A stretch of 64,000 nt of DNA from an uncultured beta proteobacterium. Its GTDB lineage: Bacteria; Pseudomonadota; Gammaproteobacteria; Burkholderiales; Burkholderiaceae_D. The position numbers were made by a program, and so were the translations under genes. The notes under the pieces are model-generated. The model saw only the letters and a list, made by a program, of their open reading frames with translations. It had not been told where the DNA came from and made no database searches. Numbering within the stretch: the stretch's first letter is position 1; each line of letters opens with the position of its first letter. The stretch lies in contig OW818641.1 in NCBI GenBank assembly GCA_942492925.1, positions 480,461-544,460 on the forward strand. Direction: 5' to 3'. Shown piece by piece: positions 42,153 to 50,891 of the stretch.

Positions 42153-43319
42153 ATGAATATTCATGAATATCAAGGCAAAGAGATACTGCGCAAGTATGGC
42201 GTAACGACGCCGCGTGGTGTTCCGTGTTTCAGCGTTGACGAAGCGGTCAAAGCGGCAGAGAGTCTCGGCGGCAAGGTTTGGGTCGTAAAGGCACAGATTC
42301 ACGCAGGCGGCCGCGGCAAAGGCGGCGGTGTGAAAGTTGCCAAATCGATCGACGAAGTCAAGAAGTTTGCATCCGACATTCTCGGCATGACGCTCGTGAC
42401 CCATCAAACGGGTCCGGAAGGCCGTTTGGTCAAGCGTTTGCTGATCGAGGAAGGTGCGGATATCCGCAAGGAACTGTATATTGGCATGGTGGTGGATCGC
42501 GGCACGCAACGTGTCTGCTTGATGGCTTCTTCCGAAGGCGGGATGGACATTGAGGAAGTGGCAGAACACACCCCGGAAAAAATTCACAAAGTATTTATCA
42601 ACCCGGAAACCGGTTTGACCAATGCCGAAGGCGAAGATCTCGCCCGCAAAATTGGCGTACCGGAAGTCGCCGTCAAGGACGCTTGCAAATTCATGCAAGG
42701 CTTGTACAAGGGATTCGACGAAACCGATGCATCCCTGGCTGAAATCAATCCGCTGGTGATTACGGGCGACAACAAGGTGATTGCGCTGGACGCGAAGTTC
42801 AATTTCGATTCCAACGGCCTGTATCGTCAACCGGCTATTCAGGCTATGCGCGATCTGGATGAAGAAGATCCGGATGAAATCGCCGCTTCCAAGTTCGATC
42901 TCACTTATATTGCGCTCGACGGCAACATCGGTTGCATGGTCAACGGCGCAGGCCTGGCAATGGCCACGATGGACACCATCAAGCTGTTCGGCGGCGCACC
43001 CGCCAACTTCCTCGACGTGGGCGGCGGTGCCACCACCGAGAAAGTGACCGAAGCATTCAAGATCATGCTGGCCAATCCGAAGGTCAAGTGCATTCTGGTG
43101 AACATCTTCGGTGGCATCATGAAATGCGACATTATCGCGAACGGCGTTGTGGAAGCTGCGCGTCAAGTTGCGCTGACAGTACCGCTGGTCGTGCGCCTCG
43201 AGGGCACGAACGTCGATAAGGGTAAGGAAATTCTGGCCAAGTCTGGTCTGCCAATCATCTCTGCAGATGGCATGAGCGATGCTGCGCAGAAGGCGATTAA
43301 CGCTGCAAAGGGTAAATAA
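42153..43319 (+). CDS. sucC: Succinate--CoA ligase (ADP-forming) beta subunit
   Basis: 388 aa starting [17 protein letters not shown] with an ATP-grasp fold and ...[10 protein letters not shown]. Confidence 0.95.
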   Translation: MNIHEYQGKEILRKYGVTTPRGVPCFSVDEAVKAAESLGGKVWVVKAQIHAGGRGKGGGVKVAKSIDEVKKFASDILGMTLVTHQTGPEGRLVKRLLIEEGADIRKELYIGMVVDRGTQRVCLMASSEGGMDIEEVAEHTPEKIHKVFINPETGLTNAEGEDLARKIGVPEVAVKDACKFMQGLYKGFDETDASLAEINPLVITGDNKVIALDAKFNFDSNGLYRQPAIQAMRDLDEEDPDEIAASKFDLTYIALDGNIGCMVNGAGLAMATMDTIKLFGGAPANFLDVGGGATTEKVTEAFKIMLANPKVKCILVNIFGGIMKCDIIANGVVEAARQVALTVPLVVRLEGTNVDKGKEILAKSGLPIISADGMSDAAQKAINAAKGK

Positions 43320-43321
43320 CC

Positions 43322-44203
43322 ATGTCTATTCTGATCGATAAAAACACGCGCGTCATCGTGCAGGGTATCACCGGCAAGACCGGCGCCTTCCACGCAGAAA
43401 TGTCGCAAGCTTATGCGTTCGGCAAGCAATGCTATGTCGGCGGTGTGACCCCGAAAAAAGGCGGCACGACTTTCCTCGATATGCCGGTTTTCAACACCGT
43501 TGGCGAAGCCAAGGCACAAACGGGCGCCAATGTTTCGGTGATTTATGTACCGCCGCCGTTCGCGGCAGCAGCCATCGATGAAGCCGTCGAAGCTGGCATG
43601 GATATGGTGATCTGCATTACCGAAGGCATTCCGGTTCGCGACATGATTCGCACCCGCTACAAGATGCAAGGCAAGAAAACGGTTCTGCTCGGACCGAACT
43701 GCCCTGGTATCATCACGTCCGACGAAATCAAGATCGGCATCATGCCGGGCCACATCTTCAAGAAAGGCCCGATTGGCGTCGTTTCCAAGTCCGGCACCCT
43801 GACCTATGAAGCAGCCGGTCAGCTGGGCGCGCTGGGCATTGGCACCTCGACGGTGGTCGGTGTGGGCGGCGACCCGGTGAATGGCTTGAAGCACATCGAC
43901 GTGCTCAAGATGTTCAACGACGATCCGCAAACCGAAGCGGTCATCATGGTCGGTGAAATCGGCGGCAACGACGAAGAAACCGCAGCCGAGTGGGTGAAAG
44001 CCAACATGAAGAAACCGGTTGTCGGCTTCATCGCTGGTGCGACTGCGCCCCCGGGAAAACGCATGGGCCATGCTGGCGCCATCATCTCCGGCGGCAAGGG
44101 CACTGCGCAAGAGAAGATCAAAGTCATGGAAGCTTGCGGCATCCAAGTCGCACGCAACCCGGGCGAAATGGCCAAGACTTTGATGGCGGCCTGGAAAAAG
44201 TAA
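43322..44203 (+). CDS. sucD: Succinate--CoA ligase alpha subunit
   Basis: 293 aa starting [22 protein letters not shown], with SKSGTLTYE and the phospho-His motif GHAGAI. Confidence 0.96.
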   Translation: MSILIDKNTRVIVQGITGKTGAFHAEMSQAYAFGKQCYVGGVTPKKGGTTFLDMPVFNTVGEAKAQTGANVSVIYVPPPFAAAAIDEAVEAGMDMVICITEGIPVRDMIRTRYKMQGKKTVLLGPNCPGIITSDEIKIGIMPGHIFKKGPIGVVSKSGTLTYEAAGQLGALGIGTSTVVGVGGDPVNGLKHIDVLKMFNDDPQTEAVIMVGEIGGNDEETAAEWVKANMKKPVVGFIAGATAPPGKRMGHAGAIISGGKGTAQEKIKVMEACGIQVARNPGEMAKTLMAAWKK

Positions 44204-44229
44204 TCTGGCTGCATCATGCTCCAGAAAAA

Positions 44230-44260
44230 CCTGCCCGAGGTTTCGGGCAGGTTTTTTTTT
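44230..44260 (+). terminator. Rho-independent terminator after sucD
   Basis: CCTGCCCGA-GGTT-TCGGGCAGG is followed by T9. Confidence 0.88.
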
Positions 44261-44304
44261 GAGTAAATGGCGCAGCAGTGAAGATATTCCCTAGAATGAA
44301 AACT

Positions 44305-45261
44305 ATGCTCTCTGAATTCGACTTGATCGCCAAATATTTCACCCGTCCGACGCCCAAGGTCACGTTGGGAGTTGGCGACGATTGCGCATTGATGACGCCT
44401 GCGTCTGGCATGCAAATCGCGATTTCCTGCGACATGCTGGTGTCGGGCACGCATTTTTTTGCGGATGCTGATCCCAAAATGCTGGGGCATAAAAGCCTGG
44501 CTGTGAATCTGTCCGATCTCGCGGCGATGGGCGCCAAGCCGATTGCCTGCACGATGGCGCTGTCGTTGTCCCAACCGGACGAGCCCTGGCTGAAAGCGTT
44601 TGCCGAAGGGTTTTTTGCGCTGGCCGATGCGCATGGTTGCGAATTGATTGGTGGCGATACGACGCGCGGCCCGCTGAATATTTGCGTGACCGTGTTTGGC
44701 GAAGTGCCGATTGGCCAAGCCTTGCGTCGTGATGCGGCGCAGGTGGGCGACGATATCTGGGTCTCCGGCACGCTGGGGGATGCGCGCCTGGGATTGGCGG
44801 GCTATCTGAAGGAAATGTCGCTGGATGACAAAACGCATCTGCAGGCGGCGAGCCGATTGCATGTGCCCACGCCACGCGTCGCGCTGGGCATCGCCTTGCG
44901 CGGCATCGCGCATGCGGCGATCGATATTTCCGATGGCTTGATTGGCGATCTCGGCCATATCTTGAAACGTTCCGGCAAAGGTGCGACTGTGGATGTGGAT
45001 GCGCTGCCGGCGGGGCCCATGCTGATGCAGCAGCCCACCGAAGTGCGTCGTCGATTCGCACTCGCCGGTGGCGACGATTACGAATTGTGTTTTACCGCAC
45101 CGGTCGGTCGTCGTGCAGCGGTCGAGGCGGCCGGAAAATCTGCGGGGGTACCCGTCAAACGCGTTGGGCAAATTGAACCGGTCGCCGGCGTACGATTGGT
45201 GGATGCGCACGGCGCGCCGGTGCAGATGCAGTCAGCTTCTTTTGATCATTTCAAGGCATGA
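44305..45261 (+). CDS. thiL: Thiamine-monophosphate kinase
   Basis: It starts MLSEFDLIAKYF and has ...GVGDDCAL... and ...GGDTTRGP.... The in-frame upstream starts at 44278 and 44296 are possible but less typical. Confidence 0.9.
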   Translation: MLSEFDLIAKYFTRPTPKVTLGVGDDCALMTPASGMQIAISCDMLVSGTHFFADADPKMLGHKSLAVNLSDLAAMGAKPIACTMALSLSQPDEPWLKAFAEGFFALADAHGCELIGGDTTRGPLNICVTVFGEVPIGQALRRDAAQVGDDIWVSGTLGDARLGLAGYLKEMSLDDKTHLQAASRLHVPTPRVALGIALRGIAHAAIDISDGLIGDLGHILKRSGKGATVDVDALPAGPMLMQQPTEVRRRFALAGGDDYELCFTAPVGRRAAVEAAGKSAGVPVKRVGQIEPVAGVRLVDAHGAPVQMQSASFDHFKA

Positions 45262-45794
45262 CCGTGGAAGTCAACATTCAAGACGACGCACCCCAAGCGG
45301 GACAACCGACGCTTCGTTTTTTGCTGTCGCATCCGGCACACTGGTTATCGCTGGGTTTCGGCAGTGGGTTGTCGCCGATTGTGCCGGGAACGGTCGGGAC
45401 ATTGGTGGGATGGGGAATCTATGTACTGCTGACCGGGCAGTGGCCCGAGATCTTTACGCCCGAGGTATGGGGTGTCCTCATCGTCGTAGGATTCGTCTTA
45501 GGTGTTTCGGCTTGCGGTCGCACGGGCCGGGACATCGGCAAAGCCGATCACGGCGCGATGGTGTGGGATGAAATCGTCGCATTCTGGCTCGTTCTGGTGG
45601 TAGTCATGCCCGCAGAGTGGCCGATGCAGCTTGCAGCGTTTGTGCTGTTTCGCGCGTTTGACATGATTAAGCCACCACCGATCCGGTTTTTTGATCGAAC
45701 CTTGAAAAACGGATTCGGGGTCATGTGGGACGATATCGTTGCGTCATTTTATGCCTTACTCGTGTTAGCGTTGTGGCGCCTGTTTGCGGGCTAG
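45258..45794 (+). CDS. pgpA: Phosphatidylglycerophosphatase A
   Basis: 178 aa, hydrophobic, with ...GFGSGLSP..PGT.GTL... and ...FR.FD..KP.PI...D motifs. It overlaps thiL (ATGA). Confidence 0.9.
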   Translation: MTVEVNIQDDAPQAGQPTLRFLLSHPAHWLSLGFGSGLSPIVPGTVGTLVGWGIYVLLTGQWPEIFTPEVWGVLIVVGFVLGVSACGRTGRDIGKADHGAMVWDEIVAFWLVLVVVMPAEWPMQLAAFVLFRAFDMIKPPPIRFFDRTLKNGFGVMWDDIVASFYALLVLALWRLFAG

Positions 45795-45810
45795 AGGGAA
45801 AGGGGTAGTC

Positions 45811-46323
45811 ATGGACGACGTTCTTGAGTTGGCGGCGCAAGTGGGAAAGATGCTGAAGCAAAAGGGCGCGCGCTTGGTCACCGCCGAATCTTGCACGGGT
45901 GGTGGTGTGGCGCAGGCCATTACCGAAATTCCCGGATCGTCCGACTGGTTTGTGGGGGCTTACGTCGCATACGCCAACGACTGCAAGACGACCATGCTGA
46001 ACGTGTCCGCGTCAGACATTATGGAACATGGTGCCGTGAGCGAAGCGGTGGCTGTTGCGATGGCGAGGGGCGCACTGTCCAAGACCCAAGCCACTGTCGC
46101 CGTGTCGACCACGGGCATTGCCGGGCCGACGGGCGGCGTACCCGGGAAACCGGTGGGCACGGTGTGGATGGCTTGCGCGACAGCGGATGTGGCGCAAGCT
46201 GAATGCCAAGTGTTTGGCGGCGACAGACAGGCCGTGCGCTTGCAAACGATTGCGCACGTATTGCGCCTGTTGCTAGGCATGGCGGAAAAAATTCCCGACA
46301 AGACGTTGGCGGAAAAAAGCTAA
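45811..46323 (+). CDS. pncC: CinA C-terminal-domain protein / nicotinamide-nucleotide amidohydrolase
   Basis: 170 aa with the ...LVTAESCTGG... signature and ...VSTTGIAGP.GG...KPVGTVW. Confidence 0.85.
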   Translation: MDDVLELAAQVGKMLKQKGARLVTAESCTGGGVAQAITEIPGSSDWFVGAYVAYANDCKTTMLNVSASDIMEHGAVSEAVAVAMARGALSKTQATVAVSTTGIAGPTGGVPGKPVGTVWMACATADVAQAECQVFGGDRQAVRLQTIAHVLRLLLGMAEKIPDKTLAEKS

Positions 46324-46350
46324 AGCGTCACCGCCTTGGCTGGTAGCCTG

Positions 46351-48024
46351 CTAGAGCCCGCGGAATTGTGCGCAGGAATGGAAGACGTCCATCGACGGCG
46401 ACACCTTCTTTTGACGACACCACTTTACCGATAACTTCAGTAATTCCTTGATGTCGCGTCCGGAAATGCTGGTGAAGTGCGCGACCAGGTCATCGACCAG
46501 TTTGTCTTCCAGCGGAAATTCAAACTGGGTAGACAGCACGCGCCAGATACGTTTCGCGTCCTCGGCTTGTGGTGGCTCGTATTGGATGATGGCGATGCAG
46601 CGCGAGGCAATCGCATCGTCCACATCTTGCGTTCGATTAGTGGTCATGAACAGCAATCCGTGGAAGTATTCCAGCGTGCGCAAGAAAGAGGCGACGACGG
46701 CATTGTGTTCGATGTCGTTCCCGCGCGTGCGGATGTACACATCGGCTTCGTCGATCAGCAGCACCGCGCCCCAGCGTTGCGCTCGCTTGAGAATGATTTC
46801 AAGGTTCTTTTCGACGTCGGCGGAGTTAATGCCCAGTTGTCCGGAGTGAACGCGATACAGCGGTCGGCCAACAACTTCCGCATACACTTCGGCCGTTAGC
46901 GTTTTGCCCAAGCCGGGCGCGCCCTTACAGAGAATGGTCGTGCCGCCGGACTTGCCTGCGACGATGTCATCCATCAATACATCCATGTCTTGCGTCAGAA
47001 TGTCGATCAAATCACGGTGATGCGGCGGCAGAATGAGTTTTTCGCGCAAGCCGGGGTCGTATCGATATTCCATCAGATTGTCGACGTGGATCCACATATT
47101 AGAATGCGTTTCCAGATTGAAGCACAGAATGAGTGGATGGGTGGGGATGGCTGAAAAATTGCGATTCTGATAGCGCCAGAAGGGCGAATCCGTGTGGGTA
47201 ACAAATTTGCGCAGCACGAGGGCTTCGTCATTGACCGCACGCATAGGCACGGATAGCGTCAAAGGTTCAGGCGAATGATATTGTTTGGTCAGATCGACTT
47301 CCAGCGCCGTCCCTTGCGCAATGAATTGCGCATTGATCTGGGGGACATATTGCATGAAGCTTTGGATAGATTTTTCGTACGCCTGTTTTAAAGTAGGCGT
47401 TTCCTTCATGTAGCCCTTCGCCGTGAGAATGTCGGCGACGCGTTCGTTGGCGACATCGTTGGCGAAAAAGAATACAGGACGATCGCTTGGGCGCGTGTAA
47501 TCGCTGCTGTTGGTGCCGATGGAGTTGGCGATCAGGTGCATGACCACACATTCCTGGCCATTGGACATTTCCTGCAATTCGATATTCTTGACCAGCCAGG
47601 GCAGCGCTTCACCGCTTTCGCCGAGGGAATAGAGCCAGCCATCTATCGCGTTGGCTTTGATGTAAGAAGCAATGGCTTGTGCCAGTACTTCCATGCTGGG
47701 GATGCGCGAATTGGCCGGATCGCGTTCCGCTTCGCGCAAGGCAGCAAAGTTGCCGGCGGCAGCATTGTGGCCGCCAGCCAGCATCTGGTTGTGCAGCCAG
47801 TCTCGGGTCTCTTCATCCAATTGGTAAAGATAAACGCTAATTTGGTTGTCATCGCGCAGGAGCAGGTGATTGGGAATATCGAGCACCCAAGGCGCTTGCT
47901 CAAAGCGGGTTTTCGCCGCCTTGACGATGAGCGTTGGCAGATGGATGGCAATGCCGTAATTGGAATCCGGTCTGGCATCGAGACCGAGAAGCGTTGAGCT
48001 GTCTTGCGTAATGAAAGGTGCCAT
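46351..48024 (-). CDS. AAA+ ATPase with an unrecognised ~330-aa N-terminal domain
   Basis: 557 aa. The C-terminal third has Walker A GAPGLGKT and Walker B LLIDEADVY, followed by ...VVASFLRTLEYFHGLLFMTTNR...DDAIASRC.... The N-terminal two-thirds match nothing I recognise. Confidence 0.85.
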   Translation of the reverse strand: MAPFITQDSSTLLGLDARPDSNYGIAIHLPTLIVKAAKTRFEQAPWVLDIPNHLLLRDDNQISVYLYQLDEETRDWLHNQMLAGGHNAAAGNFAALREAERDPANSRIPSMEVLAQAIASYIKANAIDGWLYSLGESGEALPWLVKNIELQEMSNGQECVVMHLIANSIGTNSSDYTRPSDRPVFFFANDVANERVADILTAKGYMKETPTLKQAYEKSIQSFMQYVPQINAQFIAQGTALEVDLTKQYHSPEPLTLSVPMRAVNDEALVLRKFVTHTDSPFWRYQNRNFSAIPTHPLILCFNLETHSNMWIHVDNLMEYRYDPGLREKLILPPHHRDLIDILTQDMDVLMDDIVAGKSGGTTILCKGAPGLGKTLTAEVYAEVVGRPLYRVHSGQLGINSADVEKNLEIILKRAQRWGAVLLIDEADVYIRTRGNDIEHNAVVASFLRTLEYFHGLLFMTTNRTQDVDDAIASRCIAIIQYEPPQAEDAKRIWRVLSTQFEFPLEDKLVDDLVAHFTSISGRDIKELLKLSVKWCRQKKVSPSMDVFHSCAQFRGL

Positions 48025-48092
48025 GATGGGATAGGTATCGACAGGTTTGCACGGTCAAATCATAACAGGCGAGCAAGCGATGTGCTCAAAGA

Positions 48093-48275
48093 CTAATCGC
48101 TCCACAGTTTGCCCGCAGTTGCCCAGTTTTCGCGTTTAACTTCTTGCATGATGACTTCCACACTGTCGGGGCTGACATTTAAAGTGGCGCAAGTCGCTTC
48201 GGTAATTGCTTTGACAAAAGCACGCTTCTGTTCTTGGGTGCGGCCTTCAAAAAGCTGGACGTTAATGGTTGGCAT
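48093..48275 (-). CDS. 4-oxalocrotonate tautomerase family enzyme
   Basis: 60 aa starting MPTINVQLFEGRT.EQK, with catalytic Pro1 after Met removal. It has the typical 4-OT length and pattern. Confidence 0.9.
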   Translation of the reverse strand: MPTINVQLFEGRTQEQKRAFVKAITEATCATLNVSPDSVEVIMQEVKRENWATAGKLWSD

Positions 48276-48397
48276 GAAAAATCCCCTGAGAGAAAGAAGA
48301 ATAACGGGACGGGCGTCCCTCTACCCGATGATTATAAGGCGAGCTGGGGTTGATGGTGTAATCTGCCCAAGGTTTTAGGCATTTGGGAGGGGGTGCC

Positions 48398-48447
48398 GAA
48401 AAAGCGGTGATGTGAGACAGGGAGAGGGGTCTGTTTCACATCACCGC
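48398..48447 (-). terminator. Strong rho-independent terminator after the small PXPV-repeat protein gene
   Basis: On the minus strand it reads GCGGTGATGTGAAACAG-N10-CTGTCTCACATCACCGC, a 17-bp stem with one mismatch, followed by TTTTT. Confidence 0.85.
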
Positions 48448-48552
48448 ATCCAGCGCGTCACCCCGAAGAAAATCGGGGTGCGAGGGGAAGTGGGGAGAGC
48501 CCGTGCTTTGGCGAGTCAGGCAAACGAGCCGAAAGCAGGGGTCCCCGGGGTC

Positions 48553-48858
48553 TTACCGGTAATAAGCGTGTCTGTAGCCGTGTCCGTACCCGTCGTGATG
48601 GCGATAAACGGGTGCCGAATGGTAGTAGACCGGTGTGCTGTAATACACGGGCGCGGGAGCATAGTGAACTGGTGCGGGAGTGTAGATCACGGGTGCTGGA
48701 GCAACAGGCTGCGTTGCGGCGAGTGCCGAGCCCACAATTAGCCCACCGACAGCAATGGCCGCAATGGCTGCGCCGCTGTGTGCGGATGCATTTGCGGAAA
48801 CCCCGAAGGCCGAAGCCGAGATAACAGTGGCGGCGACGATTTTTTTACCGAGTTTCAT
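48553..48858 (-). CDS. Small secreted or membrane-anchored Pro/Tyr/His-rich repeat protein (PXPV-type repeats)
   Basis: 101 aa from MKLGKKIVAATVISASAFGVSANASA (signal peptide). A Gly/Ala-rich hydrophobic stretch is followed by the repeats PAPVIYTPAPVHYAPAPVYYSTPVYYHSAPVY and a His/Tyr/Gly tail. Confidence 0.75.
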   Translation of the reverse strand: MKLGKKIVAATVISASAFGVSANASAHSGAAIAAIAVGGLIVGSALAATQPVAPAPVIYTPAPVHYAPAPVYYSTPVYYHSAPVYRHHDGYGHGYRHAYYR

Positions 48859-49253
48859 AGGGACCTCCCTTTTCATGTCACGGACTGTTTTTTTGCCTGT
48901 CCTATGGTTCCAATATAAAAGGGAATGTGTACGGGAAAATCGGGCGAAACAAAGTATTACATTTGTTGTAATTCGACGCACATCGCGGCAAGCAGTCGGT
49001 TTTTGGGAATCTTTCGCTGGGTCGAAAACGGCGAGACGGTATAGAAGGTGAGCAGAAAAGACACATGGGCTTGCCTGCCAGAGAAGGTGCTGCGTCGCTG
49101 CCATCCACGCTTGAGAAAAGCACGTCACAAAAAAGCTGCGATCTGTTGGCAATATGCGCAAGGCTTCTTCAAGATCAGGCAAATTCACGCAATCGTCGTG
49201 GTACATTGCGGGATTGACGCTGGCACGATTAACGGAAAACTTCAGGAGGGGGC

Positions 49254-50891
49254 ATGCTGGGTAGACAAAATAGATCTTCGGCGATGGGCATGGTGATGGC
49301 CGTTGTGATGATGTTTATGATGACGATCGGCGTGCCGTCCGTCAGTTTCGCTGCGGGCGCTCCCGCCAAGTCCGCCAGCTTGAGTCGACTGGACGTGGAT
49401 GCCATCCAGTTAAACGCGGACATGATGGCTTTGCATACGCGCTTGCAGGACATTCACAAGGTGCTCTGGACCACCAAAAAACTGTTGGCTGCGCCCGGCA
49501 TTCTGGCTTCCGATCTGAAGAAACTGGAAACAGAGTTGAAGTTGCTGGATGGCTTGTTGAACACCGCGCAAGCCGTGCCGCAATTCCGGGAAGATGCGAA
49601 AAAAGCCAAGCAGCAGATCGATGTCGTGCTCAAGGAAGTGTCGGCGGCGCGCGCCAGAGCGGAAGACCTGGAACATCGCGTGGAGCCTTACAAGCCGAAA
49701 ATCGAATCGGCGGACAACAAGGTTCAGAAAATTGACACCAATGCCGAGCGCTTCAGAAGATTTTTTGCGGAGCCGATGCCGACTTACACCAAGGTGGCGC
49801 AAACTTGTGTGAGCAATGCCGCACAGGATCGGATGTCCTGCATGCAGCGTGCGGTTGACGACAAGGCAAACAAGTTGGACAAGGGGGTGCAGGAAATGGA
49901 CAAGGTGGTCAAGCTGGCCCTGACCAATTTGCCGGACATTGTGCCGCTCAAGAAACTTGATGCGGATTTTGAAGCGATCGATGCGATTGGCGACAAGGTG
50001 GAAGCCATGATCAAGCGCATCCACGAGATGACCGGCGCCTTGCGCGAACTGCAAAGTCTGCTCGACAAAAAAATCGGTGCTTCCTTCCCGTATCCGGACC
50101 CCACCTGGAAAAATCCTTTGCGGGTTTCTCACTACGAAGTCAAGGTCAAGATGCGCACTATCCTGAATGGCGCCAAGGCCATCGAAGATGAAATCGAGCA
50201 CGCGTTGAGCAAAACCCTGTGGCAGGCTGCCAAAGTGTTTGGCGTCGGCAAATTGGTCAATGCGATCAAGCGTGACGCCGAAAAAGAGCTGGATGGCATC
50301 AAGAAAAAACTGCACCTGAACCAGAGTCTGCGCATTCCGGAGCTGGCCAAGCTGGAAGGCGCCTTTGGCAACATCAACGCGGCGCTGGTGAATTTTCCGT
50401 TTGATTTCAGCCTGAACTTGCCGGATTTTTCGCCGGATGCGCCGTCCTTGAATTTTGGCGGACATTTCATTGACTTGAGTGCCATCAAAAAACTGATGAA
50501 CGAACTGGCGCCGAACGGCTTGTCGGGTGCGCCCGCGAAAATCTGCACGGGCGTTTCCTATGGCTGCACCGCGGGCAGCGCATCCAGCGCAGCGCCTGCG
50601 CCACAGGCCACGCGCGCCGCTGCCGGATCTTCCGTGAGTGCGTCTACCCAACCTGCTGCAGCGAGCACGCCTCCAAGTCAAAACACAAGCACTGACACGC
50701 CCGTTCAGGCGCAAGCACGCTTCAACACAAGCACGGCGACCACTTCAGGTCACCGTGCTTGTTTTATTGGGGGCCAGCGTCTGCGCGTCAAGGCCGGGGG
50801 TGCTGTTCGAAATACGCTTTCGTTAGTTTTGAGACGACCGGAGCAAGCAGCAGCAGTGAAATCAGGTTGGGAATCGCCATCAGTGCATTGA
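49254..50891 (+). CDS. Secreted coiled-coil protein of unknown function with an uncertain 3' end
   Basis: The ATG at 49254 is preceded by AGGAGGGGG. The N-terminus is hydrophobic and signal-like (MVMAVVMMFMMTIGVPSVSFAAG). About 400 aa are helix-rich with heptad-like charge patterns, followed by an Ala/Ser/Thr/Pro-rich tail. The ORF continues through a terminator hairpin and 104 nt into the convergent gene. Confidence 0.65.
   Translation: MLGRQNRSSAMGMVMAVVMMFMMTIGVPSVSFAAGAPAKSASLSRLDVDAIQLNADMMALHTRLQDIHKVLWTTKKLLAAPGILASDLKKLETELKLLDGLLNTAQAVPQFREDAKKAKQQIDVVLKEVSAARARAEDLEHRVEPYKPKIESADNKVQKIDTNAERFRRFFAEPMPTYTKVAQTCVSNAAQDRMSCMQRAVDDKANKLDKGVQEMDKVVKLALTNLPDIVPLKKLDADFEAIDAIGDKVEAMIKRIHEMTGALRELQSLLDKKIGASFPYPDPTWKNPLRVSHYEVKVKMRTILNGAKAIEDEIEHALSKTLWQAAKVFGVGKLVNAIKRDAEKELDGIKKKLHLNQSLRIPELAKLEGAFGNINAALVNFPFDFSLNLPDFSPDAPSLNFGGHFIDLSAIKKLMNELAPNGLSGAPAKICTGVSYGCTAGSASSAAPAPQATRAAAGSSVSASTQPAAASTPPSQNTSTDTPVQAQARFNTSTATTSGHRACFIGGQRLRVKAGGAVRNTLSLVLRRPEQAAAVKSGWESPSVH
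50728..50768 (+). terminator. Rho-independent terminator located inside the annotated 3' end of the 545-aa ORF
   Basis: CAAGCACGGCGACC-ACTTCA-GGTCACCGTGCTTG is a 14-bp stem with one non-canonical C/A pair, followed by TTTTATT. It ends 20 nt before the stop codon of the convergent symporter gene. Confidence 0.75.

Noticed and set aside
49221-49236. A TGGCACG sequence upstream of the 545-aa ORF that resembles a sigma54 -24 element
   Set aside because: At the -12 position the sequence has GG (TGGCACGATTAACGGA) instead of the required GC/TTGC, and no enhancer-like sites were seen.
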